The position numbers and the translations under genes are program-made. DNA of 63,990 nt, counting the filler, from Bdellovibrionota bacterium (lineage in GTDB: Bacteria; Bdellovibrionota; Bdellovibrionia; Bdellovibrionales; JAEYZS01): assembly GCA_963169515.1 (NCBI GenBank). It is 7 parts of 7 records of this genome, joined end to end, with 100 filler letters (N's around TTAATTAATTAA, not from the genome) between each part and the next. Parts side by side here need not be neighbours in the genome. Positions count along the whole stretch, not along the records: positions 51,490 to 60,530 come from CAUJEF010000045.1; positions 60,631 to 63,990 come from CAUJEF010000073.1; 5 more parts are not named here. One strand, written 5' to 3'. How positions within the stretch are numbered: position 1 is the stretch's first letter; each line of letters begins with the position of its first letter. Positions 59,047-63,990 of this stretch are shown here, piece by piece. The notes under the pieces are model-generated. The model saw only the letters and a list, made by a program, of their open reading frames with translations, was not told where the DNA came from and did not search any database.

Positions 59047-60519
59047 ATGCGTTACAAAGATAAAAAACAAGTTCTTTCAGAGGTGTTTAAGCACTCAGAG
59101 TTTCGAGGAGATCAGGGGTCTGTCATTGACCATGTATTGGGCAAAAACCATGCGCTCGTGTTAATGCCAACGGGAATGGGAAAAAGCCTTTGCTATCAAA
59201 TTCCCGCCCTGATGCAAGAAGGTCTGACGCTTGTGATCTCTCCGTTGATTGCGCTTATGAAAGATCAGGCGGACCAGGCTCGAAAGCGTGGGATTAAGTG
59301 TGCCGAAATCAATTCTAGCCTGGATCGCGATGAGCGCGAAAAACGATATGCGAAGTTAAAAAATAAAGAATACGAGCTTCTGTACGTTGCCCCAGAAAGA
59401 TTCCGTAACGAAAGTTTTTTAAAATCCATTAAAGAAAATAAGATTTCGCTTCTTGCCATTGACGAAGCCCACTGTATTTCAGAATGGGGACATGATTTTA
59501 GGCCAGATTATACCCGGATAAAAGAGTTTAGAGAATTCCTGGGAAATCCAACAACGATGGCATTAACGGCGACGGCGACAGAGGATGTACAAGCCGATAT
59601 TTTAAAACAAATTGGATTAATGCCCACAGAAGTAAAAACTTTTAACACAGGGATTAAGCGTCCAAATTTACATCTTTCGATTCATGACATTTATGGATTA
59701 GATCAAAAAGTTCAAAAATTTGTGATGCTCCATAATTACTGGAAAGGGGCGGCTATTGTTTACTTTTCATTGGTGCAAACATTGGAAGCCTTTTCCAAAT
59801 CCATTGATAAAGTAAGCATTGAGCACGTGATTTACCATGGGCAGCTTCCACGAAATAAACGTGAATTGAATCAAAACCAGTTTTTGAAGGGGGAAACGCC
59901 ATTAATTTTGGCGACCCCTGCATTTGGTTTGGGCATTGATAAGAAAGACATTCGAATGGTGGTGCACGCAGAAATTCCGTCGTCGATCGAGGCCTATTAT
60001 CAAGAGATCGGGCGCGCGGGGCGAGATGGTGAAATATCCCATTGTCATTTACTGTACGACGAAGATGATGTTAGCATTCAAACGGATTTTTTAAAATGGG
60101 CCCATCCCGATCCTGGATTTATTAATACAGTCTATAATTTGATAGAATCGAATCCAAAGGCAGTAAACCAAGAAGGTTACGATTATCTTCGGCAGAAGTT
60201 GAATTTTTATAACTCTCGAGATTTTCGGGTTGAAACGACATTGAATTTGCTTGAACGGTGGGGATTTATCGAAGGTGACATAGAAAGTAAAAATGTAAAA
60301 GCAATTCAAAGGCCAACTGGGCACTTGGTTGACAAAGATTTGTTCCAGAAAAAGCTAAAATATAGCCAAGAAAAGTTATTAAGGATGGTTCAGTATACGA
60401 TCCAAGAGACCTGTTTGATGAAATATATTTATAATTATTTTGGTTTAATGGATCAGGCGGCCTGCGGTCACTGCGGAAACTGTCTTGATATACAAGGAAC
60501 AGACCGTGACATTTTCTAG
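59047..60519 (+). CDS. recQ: RecQ-family DNA helicase (short, no HRDC)
   Basis: MPTGMGKS, DEAHCISEWGHDFRPDY, ALTATA, YYQEIGRAGRDG; C-terminal C..YF...CGHCGNC. Confidence 0.93.
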   Translation: MRYKDKKQVLSEVFKHSEFRGDQGSVIDHVLGKNHALVLMPTGMGKSLCYQIPALMQEGLTLVISPLIALMKDQADQARKRGIKCAEINSSLDRDEREKRYAKLKNKEYELLYVAPERFRNESFLKSIKENKISLLAIDEAHCISEWGHDFRPDYTRIKEFREFLGNPTTMALTATATEDVQADILKQIGLMPTEVKTFNTGIKRPNLHLSIHDIYGLDQKVQKFVMLHNYWKGAAIVYFSLVQTLEAFSKSIDKVSIEHVIYHGQLPRNKRELNQNQFLKGETPLILATPAFGLGIDKKDIRMVVHAEIPSSIEAYYQEIGRAGRDGEISHCHLLYDEDDVSIQTDFLKWAHPDPGFINTVYNLIESNPKAVNQEGYDYLRQKLNFYNSRDFRVETTLNLLERWGFIEGDIESKNVKAIQRPTGHLVDKDLFQKKLKYSQEKLLRMVQYTIQETCLMKYIYNYFGLMDQAACGHCGNCLDIQGTDRDIF

Positions 60520-60530
60520 GGTTCGCTCGT

Positions 60531-60630
60531 NNNNNNNNNNNNNNNNNNNNNNNNNNNNNNNNNNNNNNNNNNNNTTAATTAATTAANNNNNNNNNNNNNN
60601 NNNNNNNNNNNNNNNNNNNNNNNNNNNNNN
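60531..60630. other. Artificial contig linker
   Basis: N44-TTAATTAATTAA-N44. Confidence 0.99.
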
Positions 60631-61286
60631 CAAATTAAAAACGAAAATAAAAGAAATGTGATGCCATATTTATCAGCTTCCATGGGCGGCCAGAAAACGT
60701 AATAGCATGCAACTGACGTGCATATCGTAAGAAACAAAATCTCTAAAATTTTTTGAAACGAGAACTCTCGATTCCGAATCCTAATGTAAAATTTAATCAA
60801 AAACGGCCCTAAAACCATGTGACTTAAAAAATATCCAATACTCCAAGGTCTTAAAATTTCAAAAAAATCGTCTCCTTCCGTAATTGTGAGAGCGGTAGCC
60901 CCAATTCCTGCTGCAAGCGCGGAAGCTGGTAGAGCGACTAAAAAAATATAAATCAACACAGAACGAAACGACCGCAAAGCATTCTCAAGTCGGGGTTCTA
61001 ATTTTCGAAATACATGAGCGCCCAGAGCAATGGCGAAGCTGTTACCCAGTGAAATAAATAGTGCATCAACAATCGAAGGGTTTACCATATAATTGGTGAA
61101 AAAAGAACCCACCGCAATAGCCGGCCAAAACTGAGTCCCGAATAAAATCAAAAACGCCAAAGAAATCCCGGCCGGTGGCCAAACGAGGGTGGCATGAAGC
61201 GCAACCGGATAAAACATAAGGCCGATTTTCCCACCTAGAATATACAGAACTACCAGCGCGAGAAATTTTAGAAGATTTTTAACCAT
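60631..61286 (-). CDS. MASE1-domain membrane sensor protein (3'-truncated)
   Basis: Y...K.GL......VWPPAGI.LA....G...WPAI..G; GN; W..G motifs. Confidence 0.85.
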
Positions 61287-61609
61287 GTCGTTGAGCAAGC
61301 TCCTTTTTGAACTTTGGCGGTTTTCAATTGGCGGTTTTAAAAAGCGGCAGCTTGTCCTCTGCCCCTTTTTTTTGAGTTTTCAAACCCCGCTACACCTTCT
61401 TCTTCAAAAACTCTAGACCTCAAAAAAATTGTCATCAAAGGAAAACACGCAAGTTCGCGTTATCCCGACATCTGAAACATCATTAAATATTTCTCGCAAG
61501 TTACTGAATTGATTAATTATTGTGCATATTGATTGCTAGATTAAATATCTAATCCATTGACCTTATTGTTCAAGTGGAGTTAAGTAAGCCCTTGCTCAGC
61601 AAATTTTGT

Positions 61610-61686
<77 letters not shown>

Positions 61687-61696
61687 ATTTTCGGTG

Positions 61697-62659
61697 CTAC
61701 GGTTCTATCGGTAAAACATCCAAATCTTTGGCTTTGATTTTACGAATCTCTTCAGGGATCGACTGCAAAATTGCGTCTGCAAGCGTTTGTATCAAGTCGC
61801 TTTTATAATGTTCCCGTCGATAGACCAAGCCCACTTCCCGGGCTGGGATCGGACGATCAAAGGGAACAATTGTAGCTTGTCGACCTAATTTATCAACGGC
61901 CATTGCGGGTAACAATGTGTAGCCGCCATACGTTTCAACAAGACTTTTCAATGTTTCAAGGCTACCACTTTCGAAGCTAAATTTCCGATTCGCACTTTTT
62001 GTATCTTTCAATGCACAGACGTCCAACATTTGATTTCGTAAACAGTGGCCCTCTTGCAGTAACCATATGTCGTCCAATTTTAGGTCCGAGTTTTTGACTT
62101 TCTTCTGTCGGCTCAATTCGTGGCCCTTTTTGCAAAGAACTGAAAATGGCTCGTAGTACAATGGCAGCTCGTGAATTTTAGGAACCTTTAATGGGGTCGC
62201 AAGAATTCCAACATCGATTTCATCGTTATTAAGTGCTTCGATAATACTGTCGGTTTGCATTTCATAAATTGTGAGTTCTAAATTGGGAGCTTCCTTTTCC
62301 AAAGTCTTTAAAAGTCCAGGCAATAAGTACGGTGCAATCGTTGGAATTACACCCACCACCAGCTTCCCCGTCGTTTGCGTGTTTTGTCCTGATTCGACGA
62401 TGGCTTCGATTTTTTTGGCTTCGTTAAGAACGCTTTTAAACTGTTCGATTAGTTTTTCGCCCGCCGCTGTCAGTAAAATAGGCTTTTTGGAGCGATCAAA
62501 TATTATGACACCCAAATCCTCTTCCAGTTTTTGGATCTGCATACTGAGGGTCGGCTGTGTCACGTGGCAGGCCTCGGCGGCTTTTGCGAAATGGCCGTGT
62601 TTATGAACCGCCAAAACATATTCGATCTGGGTAAACGTATAATTGATTCTTGTTGCCAT
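61697..62659 (-). CDS. oxyR: Peroxide-sensing LysR regulator OxyR
   Basis: HFAKAAEACHVTQPTLS HTH; EGHCLRNQMLDVC redox Cys pair; GSLETL; divergent from ahpCF. Confidence 0.95.
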   Translation of the reverse strand: MATRINYTFTQIEYVLAVHKHGHFAKAAEACHVTQPTLSMQIQKLEEDLGVIIFDRSKKPILLTAAGEKLIEQFKSVLNEAKKIEAIVESGQNTQTTGKLVVGVIPTIAPYLLPGLLKTLEKEAPNLELTIYEMQTDSIIEALNNDEIDVGILATPLKVPKIHELPLYYEPFSVLCKKGHELSRQKKVKNSDLKLDDIWLLQEGHCLRNQMLDVCALKDTKSANRKFSFESGSLETLKSLVETYGGYTLLPAMAVDKLGRQATIVPFDRPIPAREVGLVYRREHYKSDLIQTLADAILQSIPEEIRKIKAKDLDVLPIEP

Positions 62660-62665
62660 AATCCC

Positions 62666-62694
62666 ATTGTAACGCAATAGACAAAATCTATCAA
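62666..62694 (-). promoter_or_regulatory. Putative sigma70 promoter of oxyR
   Basis: TTGATA-N17-TACAAT, 6 nt before ATG 62659. Confidence 0.65.
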
Positions 62695-62712
62695 TATTAA
62701 AATATTATCGAT
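62677..62712. promoter_or_regulatory. OxyR binding site
   Basis: Perfect ATAG-N7-CTAT at 62677-62691, with a degenerate second half ending CGAT. Confidence 0.75.
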
Positions 62713-62776
62713 TTAACTGCATGATGAAAATTCGCGATAATTAAGGGAATAACAAAGCTCTTAGGAGGAGTAAAAT

Positions 62777-63343
62777 ATGGGAACCATTATTAATAGCAAA
62801 ATACCTGAGTTCAAAGTTCAGGCATATCATAGTGACGCATTTAAAACCGTAAGCGATAAAGATCTTATGGGTAAATGGTCAGTCTTTTTCTTTTACCCCG
62901 CGGATTTCACATTCGTCTGTCCGACGGAACTGGGTGACCTTGCGGATAAATACGATACTTTAAAAAACGCAGGTGTAGAGGTTTATTCCGTAAGCACAGA
63001 TACCCACTTTACCCACAAAGCATGGCATGACGCTTCGGAAACGATTAAGAAAATCAAATTCCCGATGCTTGCAGACCCAACCGGTCACTTGTCACGCGCG
63101 TTTGGCGTACACATTGAGTCTGAAGGATTGGCGTACCGTGGGACATTTCTAGTGGATCCAGAAGGTCGCATTAAAATCGCAGAAATTCATGACAATGGCA
63201 TTGGACGTAATGCAGACGAGCTTGTTCGTAAAGTGCAAGCGGCCCAGTTCGTAGCGTCTCATCCAGGTGAAGTCTGCCCAGCGAAATGGCGTCCGGGCGA
63301 TAAAACATTAAAACCTGGCTTGAACCTTGTGGGTAAAATCTAG
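62777..63343 (+). CDS. ahpC: Alkyl hydroperoxide reductase subunit C
   Basis: FYPADFTFVCPTE, STDTHFTHKAW and GEVCPAKW motifs; AGGAGG SD. Confidence 0.98.
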   Translation: MGTIINSKIPEFKVQAYHSDAFKTVSDKDLMGKWSVFFFYPADFTFVCPTELGDLADKYDTLKNAGVEVYSVSTDTHFTHKAWHDASETIKKIKFPMLADPTGHLSRAFGVHIESEGLAYRGTFLVDPEGRIKIAEIHDNGIGRNADELVRKVQAAQFVASHPGEVCPAKWRPGDKTLKPGLNLVGKI

Positions 63344-63369
63344 AGGAAAAAAACAACTCGATTTGCTGC

Positions 63370-63400
63370 CCACTCCATTTGCCGTGGGCAAATGGAGTGG
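63370..63400 (+). other. 14-bp stem-loop between ahpC and ahpF
   Basis: CCACTCCATTTGCC-GTG-GGCAAATGGAGTGG. Confidence 0.75.
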
Positions 63401-63422
63401 CAAATGGAGTTTTGGGGTGGTT

Positions 63423-63990
63423 ATGTTGGACACAGAAATCAAAGAACAATTGAAATCGTTATTCGCGCCATTGGAAAAAAAGATTGCAATGGTATACGCA
63501 CCGAGTTTCCACGCAGATCAAGCTGAGCTTGTATCCATGCTGGAAGCCGTTGCATCGACCAGTTCCACGTTGAGTGCCCGACTGTTACCACCCGAGGACG
63601 GTAAGCAATCAAAAAGCCCGACCTTTTATATTGAGGTCGATGGTGTCCGTACTGGAATTACCTTTACCGGTATTCCGGGCGGCCACGAATTTAACTCTTT
63701 GATTCTTGCGATCTTAAATGCGGGCGGAAAAGGGAAACTCCCCGACCCCGCATTAACCCGCAGGATTCAAAGATTAAGAGGTCCGATCAGTGTTAAAACT
63801 TATATTTCACTGACCTGCGAAAATTGTCCTGACGTTGTTCAAGCAATGAATCAAATGGCGTTGCTGCACGGGAATTTCAAACATGAAATGATCGATGGCG
63901 GCTATGTTCAAGACGAAATCGATGCATTGGGCATCCAAGGCGTTCCAAGCGTCACTGCTAATGGCAAGATGATCCATTCAGGACGAATTA
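63423..63990 (+). CDS. ahpF: Alkyl hydroperoxide reductase subunit F (3'-truncated; absent from ORF track)
   Basis: MLDTEIKEQL, GIPGGHEFNSLILA, SLTCENCPDVVQA and GIQGVP motifs. Confidence 0.95.
   Translation, partial: MLDTEIKEQLKSLFAPLEKKIAMVYAPSFHADQAELVSMLEAVASTSSTLSARLLPPEDGKQSKSPTFYIEVDGVRTGITFTGIPGGHEFNSLILAILNAGGKGKLPDPALTRRIQRLRGPISVKTYISLTCENCPDVVQAMNQMALLHGNFKHEMIDGGYVQDEIDALGIQGVPSVTANGKMIHSGRI

Noticed and set aside
19532..60630. Six identical TTAATTAATTAA motifs within N runs
   Set aside because: Artificial contig-joining linkers with stops in all frames; adjacency across them carries no biological meaning
61299..61560. Known riboswitch (e.g. c-di-GMP) upstream of the MASE1 gene
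   Set aside because: No recognisable aptamer consensus by eye

Overview
The window is seven contigs of a metagenome-style assembly joined by six 100-bp artificial linkers (N44-TTAATTAATTAA-N44). Most contigs look like a Bdellovibrionota-type predator (inferred from gene content, spdEFG1-type EF-G and FliA-like promoters). Contig 1 (1-19531) has a polyprenyl synthase, a complete shikimate operon and menI, facing a menG-FDHBACE operon. Between them sit two divergent peptidoglycan-hydrolase/partner pairs with sigma28-like and sigma54-like promoters. Contig 2: slt-oppABC and radA. Contig 3: type III glutamine synthetase, two orphan exported proteins and a Cys-repeat/PPPRPV surface protein. Contig 4 (31147-36260) looks foreign to the bin (Chloroflexi-like) and holds the best novelty candidate. 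It is a four-gene cassette (two paralogous PH-like membrane proteins, a PD-(D/E)XK-like protein with an acidic/Tyr tail, and a soluble TrwB/TraD-like coupling ATPase) inserted into the 3' end of a DUF1697 gene between 9-bp direct repeats. Contig 5: CPA2 antiporter, OMP, the iscS(in-frame stop)-mnmA-mtaB-rnc-era-der-NSS operon and a divergent adenylate cyclase/FecR-FN3 module. Contig 6: prc, E1 alpha/beta, mpg, cutA, CNNM, fusA and recQ. Contig 7: MASE1 protein, tRNA-fMet and oxyR-ahpC-ahpF. All calls come from motif recognition by eye; no database search was run.
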